DNA from: Eledone cirrhosa
Lineage: Eukaryota
Reading direction: 5' to 3'
Length of the DNA: 64,000 nucleotides
Assembly (NCBI GenBank): GCA_964016885.1
Contig: OZ024741.1
Span: 202,988,001 to 203,052,000 of the forward strand
Positions 1 through 10,597 of this stretch are shown here, in pieces (within the stretch, counting starts at the first letter, position 1; the number at the start of each line of letters is the position of its first letter). The notes under the pieces were generated by a model that was given only the letters and a program-made list of their open reading frames with translations, was not told the origin of the DNA and searched no databases. Made by a program: the position numbers and the translations under genes.

Positions 1-90
1 ACACACACATATATCGTACTATATGCAAATGATCCTTTCCAGTAAATGTTCATGACACGAAATCTAATTTCATTTCAGCACCGGTTAAAT

Positions 91-141
91 GAATGTCACT
101 GATGAGAGATTAATGCATCTTGAAACAGCTGTCTGGCATTC
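91..141 (+). ncRNA. Minimal type I hammerhead ribozyme, canonical core
   Basis: GAATGTCA-CTGATGA-GAGAT(taatgc)ATCTT-GAAA-C(AGCT)G-TC-TGGCATTC: 8-bp stem I, CUGAUGA and GAAA boxes, palindromic helix III (ACAGCTGT), GUC cleavage triplet. Confidence 0.88.
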
Positions 142-254
142 TCAATGGCCACTTTGATAATGTGACATGCTCACAGAGTAAAAGAGAGAGACATTATGTT
201 TTCTTTGATAATGAGGCTCTCATATACATATTGTATATACACATATAGTATATG

Positions 255-310
255 CAACAGTGTTAAGCAAAGTAGGGGGTATATGACCTCTACTTTGCTT
301 AACACTGTTG
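255..310. repeat. Hairpin with 21-bp perfect arms
   Basis: CAACAGTGTTAAGCAAAGTAG...CTACTTTGCTTAACACTGTTG. Confidence 0.9.
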
Positions 311-599
311 AGGTTCTACTGCTAATTAATTAGAGCTCGCCAAGTTTGCACTATATGCAAATAACCATTTCCAGCCGATGTATTCTATTTTTTAAATACA
401 AATGAGCTTCTCCAGCAAACATTCATCACGCACAGTTGGACCAACAATTTCTCTATGGAAGATGCCAGCATACAACTTGAGCAGTTCATTGAAATAATAT
501 AAGTCATATGCTCTACGTTCGCCCCGAAAAGAAAGGTCAACAGACAACATTGTTATTGATAGAGACAGAAAAATCCTTATGAGGAGAACGAAGATCTCA

Positions 600-2505
600 A
601 ACCAGTACATATACAAGTAAAGAACAAGAAGAATCCCATTTGAAGCAGGTACTGTTTCAAATTGAAAATGACCTCAAACTCTCCCACGAAAAGGAGAGAA
701 CAGAAATAGAAGCAAGGGCTATAGAAAATATAATGACGAAACCTAAGGCATTCTTTAAATTTGCAAAAGCGACACCCCACGGGATAAAAGTAGTTGATCG
801 TACGCAGACCCACAAGGGATAAGTGAGGTAGTGAATGAACAATACATAAGTGTTTTCACACTTCCAATGAGAAATATGCAAATAAATAAGCCATATGAAT
901 ACTTTAACACCACTGCGTTATACAGAGAAATGGCAACCATCAACTACGTAGATATAAAAGTGACAGATGTAATATCAGCCATAGACAAAATGACCCCAAA
1001 TTCAGTTGCTGGCCCAAATGGTTTCCCAGTAACACTCCTATAAACATGCAAGCGACTATTAGCAAAACCACTGCAGATCCTCTTTCAAAGATCCCTTGCA
1101 AGTTGTAAACTACCCGCAAAACTATAAGAAGACATAATATGTCCCATCCATAAAGGAGGAAGCAGAGCAGATGCTCTGATATGTGAGGTCTCCCTGACCT
1201 CACATATCAGCAAGGTTATGAAACGAATCATCAGAAGAAAACTGATTACTTTTCTAGAGGAAAATGATCTTCTAACTGACACCCAGCATGGCTTTCGCAA
1301 AAGTAGAAGTTGTCTTACGCAGCTCTTACAGCATTATGACTGGATTCTCAAACAGCTCTTATACTGTTCGAACGTCGATGCCATATCTCGACTTTGGGAA
1401 GGTCTTCGACAATGTTGATCGTGGAATATGTCACAAACTACGTAGTCCTGGCATCGTTGGAAACCGAGGTGAATGACTTCATGACATCTTAAAAGACATA
1501 AACCAGACTGTTGCAGGCAACGGGGCCCTCTCAAATGAAACGTCAATAACAAGTGGCGTACCCCAGTCTTGGGGCCACTACTGTTGTGGCTCTCTCAAAC
1601 ACTCAGACTTCTGTAATACAGGTAGCCTCCATCACATGTTATGCTGATGGTACGAAAGTAGCACAGGTAATAAAAAAACCCAACTGATGCTACTCTCTTA
1701 CAACAAGATTTAGATGCCACATACGAATGGGCTGAAGAAAACAATATGTAATTTAATGCGGGTAAATTTCAAGCCCTCCGCTATCAACCCACAAACACAG
1801 GACCACCACAATAAAGTACAATGGACCAGGAGGAATGGAAATGCCAGAGTCAAAATCAATACGGTACCTGGGTATTGACAAGGGCGATGATGCATCGTTT
1901 CATGCACACATCACCAAAATGACAGTAATCTGCAGACGGCTGGGGTGGTGGATTCTGAGGACTTTCAGGACAAGAGTCCCCGAAACTATGTGGGTCCGCT
2001 GGAAGAATTTTGTCCTCAGTCAACAGGACTATTGCTCTCAGCGTTGGTCACTCTACAGTGCCAAACTAACTGCAGAGCTTGAAGCAATCCAACGAAGCTA
2101 CACCAAGAGAATTGCCTCAATGAAAGAGATGAGCTACTGGGAAAGGCTGAAAAGACTAAAAATTTACCCACTGGAGCAAAGACGGGAGAGAAGCACCGTG
2201 TTATACATATGGAAGATCCTGGAAGGATTAGCACCAAATTTCGGCATTGAAGGTAGGACCAGCTCACAAACAGGACTCCACTATGTAGTCCCACAGATCC
2301 CACCCATCGCATCAAGATTAAGGACCACATACTGCAAAAGCCCGGGGTTCAAGGGACCCCAGAATTTTAATAAGTTGCCAGAAAATCTACATGGTGTGCA
2401 TGTGGATATTTTCAAGAGACACCTCGACATCCTGCTGACAAAGATCCCACAGCACGAGGCGAAGCGCAAATAAGGACGGCAATAACAAACTCCCTTTTGC
2501 ATCAA
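600..2505 (+). mobile_element. Decayed CR1-group non-LTR retrotransposon (RT to 3' end)
   Basis: Frameshifted RT motifs: AGPNGFP, QHGFRKSRSCLTQL, YLDFGKVFDNV, SGVPQ, YADG, YLGI, LEAIQRSYTKRI...SYWERLKRL; ends before a (TA)n tract. Confidence 0.85.
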
Positions 2506-2561
2506 TGTATATATATATATATAAAAATATACACGGGTGTGTATGATTGTGTATAGAAGAT

Positions 2562-2965
2562 TATATTAATAAAAGGAATTACAACTTTGTCTGATTTACT
2601 CGTTTTATTTACAATCCTTTAAAATTTATAATGGTATTAGAATGAAATAGTATGGTAGAATATTAAATTCTAAGTGTTAATTGAACAAGTACTTTCATGC
2701 TTTCGCAATCTTCAGGTTCATAATGTGTGGTGACAGTCAAGTTTGCAATTTTCAACTGTTGAAAATTGCAGTTGAAAATTGCAAACTTGACTGTCACCAC
2801 ACATTATGAACCTGAAGATTGCGAAAGCATGAAAGTACTTGTTCAATTAACACTTAGAATTTAATATTCTACCATACTATTTCATTCTAATACCATTATA
2901 AATTTTAAAGGATTGTAAATAAAACGAGTAAATCAGACAAAGTTGGAATTCCTTTTATTAATATA
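2562..2965. mobile_element. Fold-back PLE pLTR-like insert, ~200-bp arms, each with an HHR motif
   Basis: 2562-2758 is the reverse complement of 2769-2965; followed by (TA)n. Confidence 0.8.
2807..2845 (+). ncRNA. Minimal type I hammerhead motif (mirror copy on - strand at about 2682-2720)
   Basis: TGAAC-CTGAAGA-tTGC(GAAA)GCAt-GAAA-GTAC-TT-GTTCA; palindromic helix III AGTACT. Confidence 0.7.
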
Positions 2966-2974
2966 TATATATAT

Positions 2975-3380
2975 AAATGTAATTTGAGTTTTTCGAATAT
3001 TTACTATAATATTCGATTCGTTCGCTATTATGCAAACAAGTTTCATTTTTAAAGCCATGTCAGTAGAATAAGCCCCTCATTCTTGCTCTTGTGTTGGCAT
3101 GTAAACAGAACTGCAGACACTAATGTTTCTGGGTATTACCCTTCATCGGTGCAGTTCACTGTTCACGTGCCAACTGTCAGAGCTAGTGAAAATATATTAT
3201 ATTTTCTGAAATATACAGTGACTGATCGGCCTGATTTGCATATTAGCAGAGTGGCTGACCAGCATAAGAGCAAGAATGAGGGCTCATTCTACTGACATGG
3301 CTTTAAAAATGAAGCTTGTTTGCATAATTGCAAACGAATCGAATATTACTATTAATATTCGAAAAACTCAGATTACATTT
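2975..3380. mobile_element. Non-coding inverted-repeat element (MITE-like or PLE fold-back)
   Basis: Imperfect ~115-bp arms 2975-3090 and 3266-3380 between (TA)n tracts; another copy of one arm at 22863-23175. Confidence 0.7.
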
Positions 3381-3404
3381 ATTGTATGCAGCCATGTAGA
3401 GCGA

Positions 3405-3458
<54 letters not shown>

Positions 3459-3883
3459 ATACTTTGGAAGGGTCATGTTGCCAATAAGAAACACACGCAC
3501 CAGTTGCTTTCACTTCAATTTATTATAAATTTATAAATTTACGAATTTACAAACTTATAAATTTCTGGTTGGTTGGTTGGTTCCACAACCAGATAGTTGT
3601 TTATATATAGTCATAGTCCTTTCGTCACACACTCTGTGACCTCTTCAGTGACTGGGGATTCCTTTCTTTGTTTCTGTGCCTTTCCTTTCTTCTATCCTAC
3701 GCCATTTTGTTTCTGTGTGTGTGTTGTGTGCTCAGTTTGCGCATGCGCCACATCCGGGTGTCTGTGTGTGTTTGTGTTCATTTATCTATTTGTTTATTTA
3801 TTTATTTATTTATTGTTGGTTGGTTGTTTGTTCTATGTGTGTGTGTGTTTTCATTTTGTCCTGTGTGTGTTTTCATTTTGTCC

Positions 3884-5111
3884 TTAATTGTAAGTTGTGA
3901 TGTTGCTGTTCCACTCATATTTTCTATTTAATTTTGGTTGTAATTCTTTTATGCTTACTGCCTCTGTAATTTGCCTAAACATTGCATCTTTTCTGTGTGT
4001 GGATTCTATTTTTATTTCTATGTTCTCTAATCTACCCCTGTGTTCTATCTTAGCATGTTGGTAGAGCACAGATGATTCTTTATTATCTTGGAGGTCTCGC
4101 CAGTGTTCATTTATTCGTTCCCCTATACTACGAGCTGTCTCACCTATGTACACTATATTTTTGTTTCTACATTGTCCTTCAGTACATCTTATGCTATACA
4201 CTGCATTTCTAGTTTTACAGTTAATATGGGGGCTTATTTTACAGGTTATACATTTCTTATCTATACATGAGGGTCTTTGGAACGGGTATGTCTTGCTAAT
4301 AAGTGTTTTTACGGAGGTACCTGGTCTTTCTACTATCTTAATATTGAGTTTATGTTTATTTAGGGCCCTTCTAAATTTGTAGGCTAGTTCGCCTCTAGGG
4401 GTTGTATTGATGAACATTACACTCTGGTATTTATTGCTATCATACCATGAGTTTATTCTATTGGCCTTGTTCCTAGTTCTTTCTATTCTATTCCAAAATT
4501 TGCTCCTATACAAGGGGCAGGTCCCATTTATGTCATTATTTACCATTTTTTCCCATTTGGTTCTGGCTCCTTTATACACTCTGATTCTCTCTCTCTGATT
4601 GTAGCCAGAGAACTGCATACGGTGGATGAAGTGTTGTATGTGTCTCTCTAGTTCTTCAGGGCTGCACATGCGGGACACATTTCTCATCACCCGTACCAAA
4701 TCCGCAATCAGTATGTTGATTTTGGTATGGTCCGAAATGGCCGAGTTTCGGTGGATCAGATGTTTGGAAGTCATGGGTTTGGCATAATGGGAATGGAGGA
4801 TTTGTTTTTGGTTGTTAATGGTATCTAACTAGAGCTCTGTGTCTAGTACAGGTAATCGATGGTTGGGGTGTCTACTTGGGTAGTCTATAGTAACTCTAAT
4901 GCTCTGGTGGATGGAGTTTGCTATTTGCTGGATGCTTTCCATTGTGTTTTTCTCTAGTTCCTGACTGTTCTTTAGTGGGGGTGTCTTAACTACGATGTTT
5001 ATGTCATCTACGTAGCGGGAGTACATTATCAGGGTTAAGCTGTCTTCTAATTGTTCTTTAAGTTTTTGTTTAAGTCTACTGTCCCACCATACCATGAATA
5101 AGTTAGCTATG
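3884..5111 (-). pseudogene. Inverted partial copy of the PLE ORF (RT C-terminal half + GIY-YIG)
   Basis: ORFs 4829-5185 and 3884-4774: RYVDD, VYSIRC...YIGETARSIGERINEH, EAVSIKELQPKLN. Confidence 0.92.
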
Positions 5112-6761
5112 GATGTTGTGTCCCTGTATCCATCTATTGACGTGGATTTTGTGGAGAAATGCGTAGAAATGATCAGCGAGAGCAAGGTTGAGTTCCGTGG
5201 GATTGATACCAGTGAGCTGGGACTTCTACTTAAGCTTACCCATAGTAATAGTTACCTAGACACTTATGACCTTAGCAACCTGTGCCCTACAAGACCAGCA
5301 AGAGGCAGGCCACCTACCATTACCTCAATGGCCAAGAAAACCCACACAGATAGATGGAACGGGTGGACCAGAGCCATACGGACACCCGAAAACCACGATG
5401 AACTGAAGAAAATGATTGCACATGCGGTAGGGGCCAGCATAAATTTAACCCTTAAGGAACATATGTTCAAATTTAATGGTAAAACATATGCCCAAGAGGA
5501 AGGAGCAGCCATTGGTGTTAGCATTGCAGGCGACATAGCTAACTTATTCATGGTATGGTGGGACAGTAGACTTAAACAAAAACTTAAAGAACAATTAGAA
5601 GACAGCTTAACCCTGATAATGTACTCCCGCTACGTAGATGACATAAACATCGTAGTTAAGACACCCCCACTAAAGAACAGTCAGGAACTAGAGAAAAACA
5701 CAATGGAAAGCATCCAGCAAATAGCAAACTCCATCCACCAGAGCATTAGAGTTACTATAGACTACCCAAGTAGACACCCCAACCATCGATTACCTGTACT
5801 AGACACAGAGCTCTGGTTAGATACCATTAACAACCAAAAACAAATCCTCCATTCCCATTATGCCAAACCCATGACTTCCAAACATCTGATCCACTGAAAC
5901 TCGGCCATTTCGGACCATACCAAAATCAACATACTGATTACGGATTTGGTACGGGTGATGAGAAATGTGTCCCGCATGTGCAGCCCTGAAGAACTAGAGA
6001 GACACATACAACACTTCATCCACCGTATGCAGTTCTCTGGCTACAATCAGAGAGAGAGAATCAGAGTGTATAAAGGAGCCAGAACCAAATGGGAAAAAAT
6101 GGTAAATAATGACATAAATGGGACCTGCCCCTTGTATAGGAGCAAATTTTGGAATAGAATAGAAAGAACTAGGAACAAGGCCAATAGAATAAACTCATGG
6201 TATGATAGCAATAAATACCAGAGTGTAATGTTCATCAATACAACCCCTAGAGGCGAACTAGCCTACAAATTTAGAAGGGCCCTAAATAAACATAAACTCA
6301 ATATTAAGATAGTAGAAAGACCAGGTACCTCCGTAAAAACACTTATTAGCAAGACATACCCGTTCCAAAGACCCTCATGTATAGATAAGAAATGTATAAC
6401 CTGTAAAATAAGCCCCCATATTAACTGTAAAACTAGAAATGCAGTGTATAGCATAAGATGTACTGAAGGACAATGTAGAAACAAAAATATAGTGTACATA
6501 GGTGAGACAGCTCGTAGTATAGGGGAACGAATAAATGAACACTGGCGAGACCTCCAAGATAATAAAGAATCATCTGTGCTCTACCAACATGCTAAGATAG
6601 AACACAGGGGTAGATTAGAGAACATAGAAATAAAAATAGAATCCACACACAGAAAAGATGCAATGTTTAGGCAAATTACAGAGGCAGTAAGCATAAAAGA
6701 ATTACAATCAAAATTAAATAGAAAATATGAGTGGAACAGCAACATCACAACTTACAATTAA
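5109..6761 (+). pseudogene. Penelope RT-GIY-YIG ORF with one premature stop
   Basis: DVVSLYPSI, QEEGAAIG, RYVDD, LPVLD, GIY-YIG; TGA at 5895-5897 where the inverted copy has CGA. Confidence 0.93.
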
Positions 6762-7062
6762 GGACAAAATGAAAACACACACAGGACAAAATGAAAACAC
6801 ACACACACATAGAACAAACAACTTACAATTAAGGACAGAATGAAAACACACACAGGACAAAATGAAAACACACACACACATAGAACAAACAACCAACCAA
6901 CAATAAATAAATAAATAAATAAACAAATAGATAAATGAACACAAACACACACAGACACCCGGATGTGGCGCATGCGCAAACTGAGCACACAACACACACA
7001 CAGAAACAAAATGGCGTAGGATAGAAGAAAGGAAAGGCACGGAAACAAAGAAAGGAATCCCC

Positions 7063-7107
7063 AGTCACTGAAGAGGTCACAGAGTGTGTGACGAAAGGAC
7101 TATGACT
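7063..7107 (+). ncRNA. Minimal type I hammerhead in the PLE pLTR (mirror copy 3609-3653, - strand)
   Basis: AGTCA-CTGAAGA-g-GTCACA(gagtg)TGTGAC-GAAA-GGAC-TA-TGACT; HHRs in PLE pLTRs are established. Confidence 0.85.
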
Positions 7108-7321
7108 ATATATAAACAACTATCTGGTTGTGGAACCAACCAACCAACCAGAAATTTGTAAGTTTGTAAATTCGTAAATTTATAAATATATAATAAATTG
7201 AAGTGAAAGCAACTGGTGCGTGTGTTTCTTATTGGCAACATGACCCTCCCAAAGTATAACAATATCGGTTTCAACACACGATTTCAGATAAAGAATCTTG
7301 CTAAACAAATTCAGAAACGAA

Positions 7322-7354
<33 letters not shown>

Positions 7355-7380
7355 TATATGCATATATATATATATATATA

Positions 7381-7571
7381 TATAACGAAGAAAATGTGGT
7401 AAGGAACCAGGTGGACCATAACGCACCAAAGTACTCAATACTTAGTGTAGTAGAGTGGGTAATAGGAACGAATAGGTCCCCGACGGCTGAGCTCAAGCCG
7501 TTTCGACGGCTAGTCCAGAATTAGCCGTCGAAACGGCTTGAGCTCAGCCGTCGGGGTCCTACTCGTTCCTA

Positions 7572-7572
<1 letters not shown>
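7381..7572. mobile_element. PLE pLTR fragment with fold-back, holding only the 3' half of an HHR
   Basis: 7462-7512 inverted to 7522-7572; GAAACGGCT-tgagctc-AGCCGTC; near-identical to 32878-33020 in front of a PLE ORF. Confidence 0.75.
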
Positions 7573-7607
<35 letters not shown>

Positions 7608-7750
7608 AAGAGAGATAGAGAGAGAGTGTGTGTGTGTGTGTGTGAGTGCGTGCGTATGAGTGTGTGTGTGTGAGTGTGCGTGTGTGTGTATGTGTTAGTG
7701 TGTTTGTGCGTGTCAGTGTGTGTGTGTCTGTGTGTGAGTGTGTGTATATA
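7572..7750. repeat. (TA)n/(GA)n/(GT)n compound microsatellite
   Basis: Seen directly. Confidence 0.95.
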
Positions 7751-8452
7751 GGAGGTGAGATTTGAACTCAACGAATAAAAACAGACTTGATACCACAAAT
7801 CATCCCGTCCTACAATTTACCAATTCCACCGCTCCACCACCCCTTCGCTGGTACGTTGTTTATTGATACCGAAAGGATGATTTGAATTCACACCGCAGTG
7901 AGATGGGACAAATACGAAGGCATTTAGTTCCACACTATACCGCCTGTGCCAATTTGGCGTCTGGGATATAATACTTGTTAAAGATGTCGTTAGATTCAGC
8001 AAGCTGTTTAATGATGTCAATGATTATGAAATGTGTACGTTTGCGATTTAAATGTTATATATTTTTAGAGATTGTTCTCATTTATTTGCGATGTTTTCTT
8101 TTGTATTAGAAATACTACTTCAATTACCTTTGTTGATATTTTCGATTTAAGTAGATATCTAAGAAATGTCATGACATTTTGGGGCCTGCCCTACTGACTT
8201 TTGTCAACAGGGATGTGAAGCAGATGCCACACATTTAAGGAAACTGATGGTTTCAGCAAGAGCCAAGATGTCTGCAATCTTGATTGGTAAGATGAAATGT
8301 TGCAGAACGATTTTTGGTACGTTTTTTTTCTTTTTTGACATTTTCGGTGCGACTTGAATAAGACTAGTATTATGAAGAGAATTTGTAAATACCAATTCTT
8401 TTTGCACAGGATGAAAAACAACAAAGGAAATAAAATTAACATTCATTATTAG

Positions 8453-8755
8453 AATTGGCAGTATCGGTAGAGGGTCGGACGCCATGCTTTGACGCATAAT
8501 GTTACGGCCCTTGCCATTCTGAGTTCAAATCCCGCCGAGGTTAACTTTGCCTTTCATCCTTACAGGGTCGATAAAATAAAGTACCAGTAATGTACTGGAT
8601 GATTGCTGGCCTTGTGCCAATAGTAGAAACAATTATTATTATCAATCCCGCCGAGGTTAACTTTGCCTTTCATCCTTACGAGGTCGATAAAATAAAGTAC
8701 CAATAATGTACTGGGTCATTTCTGGCATTCTGCCAAAAGTAGAAACAATTATTAT
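8453..8755 (+). mobile_element. tRNA-derived SINE family 1 (Meta/MESC-like middle domain), full copy plus tandem partial copy
   Basis: A-box-like TGGCAGTATCGG, B-box GAGTTCAAATCCC, TTTGCCTTTCATCCTTAC-GGGTCGATAAAATAAAGTACC, (ATT)n tail; many copies in the window. Confidence 0.85.
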
Positions 8756-8771
8756 TTTTATTATTATTATT

Positions 8772-9254
8772 GTTCTTTGAGTCTCAGTTATTGATGTTAT
8801 TTAACTGTAAAGTTTGTTGAAATGCATATCAAGCCGCTACCTGCAGCCTCAGACATTCAGGACGTATCGGAGAGTTTTTGCTGTTCCCAGCAAGCATGCC
8901 TTTTGAAATGTTCCAAAAAGCGGGGCTGGGCTAATCTTCTTTAACCATCCTTGGACACTCTTTGAGATAGTACCTAGTGCGCCTATGACAATCGGGACGA
9001 CCTTGATTTCATGGCAGTTCCAAATCCTTTTTAACTCCCACTTTAAATCCTGGTATCGGTTAATTTTCTCCCTCTCCTTTTCTTGCACTCTCGTGTCAAA
9101 TGGGCAGGCTACATCTACAATCAGGCACGATCTTTTTTCCTTGTGTTCTAATTTCTTGTCCGTCTGTATCCTAAAATCCCATAGCACCTTTACATGATCG
9201 TTTTCTATCACCGACTCTGGCTTATGCTCATACCACTTCTCAGAATGTGGTAAA
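8772..9254 (-). mobile_element. R4/Dong-like REL LINE, 3' fragment
   Basis: ORF 8849-9211: VLWDFRIQTD, IVDVACP, EKINRYQDL, VPIVIGALG; (TAA)n on both sides on the element strand. Confidence 0.88.
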
Positions 9255-9667
9255 TTATTATTATTATTATTGGTCTGTTCGGACGTCTTTTTGCTCGCTC
9301 CCAGTAAGTCGCTTTTATTTACCTGTTATAATCATTTGTTGTTAAATTTTTCTTTTTGTGTAAGGGATATAAGCCCTTGACTTTGCCCTGTGAAGGGGAA
9401 AGTATAATATTTGGGCCTTTTCGCCCAAATATTTGAACATTTTACTTTAAAAAGCATTGCTGAGCCACGCCCCCCCCCCCCCCAGCAATATGTCTGCTGT
9501 CATGTGACAACGGCGTAAAAGTTGAGAGGAGGGTTACAGAAATTAATACAACAAACACCACCACAAACAACAAGGGATTTTTCATGAAGGTTGCTCTTCC
9601 TCCTTGTTATTTCCTCCTTGGACATCCCCAAGTCAATTTTCTTCTCCTTCTGTACAATTTTGAGCAT

Positions 9668-10243
9668 TGGCTATCGGCCGAGTCCATAGTGAAGATCAAC
9701 CCGCCGCCCTCCTTTCGCCAGGAAGAGCAGGCAATTTCCCTCTGTCTGGTGGCAGTTGCGAAAGAGGTTGTATGGTGGACCAGATTGAAAGGACTGAAGA
9801 CAGACACTTTTCTCTTCGGCCAATCCTTCACCAATATCTTCAAGTTTCACTTGGAAAGGAAGGTGAGGGTGGAGAGAGAAGTGCTGCCCCCCAGTACATT
9901 TGCTAAAAGGTGGATGAATGGCCCGTGTGAATGGGCCTACTCTGACCATGCGCCTATAGGCTAGCTAATTTCAGGAGAGGAGTGCTCTCCTGGGTGCCCT
10001 AGAAGTGCAGGGTGGTTCAGGATCGGTGGGGTACCTGAGTCAGCCATGGGTCGTCCATCCTTATAGGGGAATTTATTTTATTATATTTATGCATAGTTTA
10101 TTTTATATTTTTTATATCTTCATTGTTAAATTAGTTTTGCCATTGTGCACTTTTACTCGACCTTATTGTAAACCCCCACTGTCCCTGTCTTTGTATTGTC
10201 CTCTACATGTCGGCCCTTGTGGCCAATAAAGAAATCATTATTA
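9668..10243 (+). mobile_element. L1/Tx1-like LINE 3' fragment, subfamily B
   Basis: LSAESIVKI...VWWTRLKGL...FKFHLERK; 3' UTR matches 61590-61860; ends AATAAAGAAATC(ATT)n. Confidence 0.9.
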
Positions 10244-10247
10244 CTTG

Positions 10248-10425
10248 AATTGGTAGTATCGGTAGAGGGTTGGACGTCATGCTTTCTAGCATAGTTACGT
10301 CCCTTTACAGTCTGAGTTCAAATCCCGCCGAGGTTAACTTTGCCTTTCATCTTTACTGGGTCGATAAATTAAAGTATCCCTAATGTACTGGGTAATTGCT
10401 GGCCTTGTGCCTAAAGTAGAAACAA
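10248..10425 (+). mobile_element. SINE family 1 copy
   Basis: Same A/B boxes and middle domain as 8453. Confidence 0.85.
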
Positions 10426-10597
10426 CGATATTAACACCACTAACAAGAAAATAAACAACGACAATACCAACAGCAACAATACAAATTGCACCGAAAACAA
10501 CAACAACGGTGGCACAAAAAACACAACCAACTACAACAGTGATAACAGCAACAACAGCAACAACACCGTTTGTAGCAGTAGCAACAGCAACAGCACT

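Larger units (their letters stand above)
3452..7322 (+). mobile_element. Penelope-like element, 5'-truncated, with a 1.66-kb inverted duplicate
   Basis: 3452-5111 is the reverse complement of 5534-7263; RT and GIY-YIG motifs; flanked by (TA)n. Confidence 0.95.
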
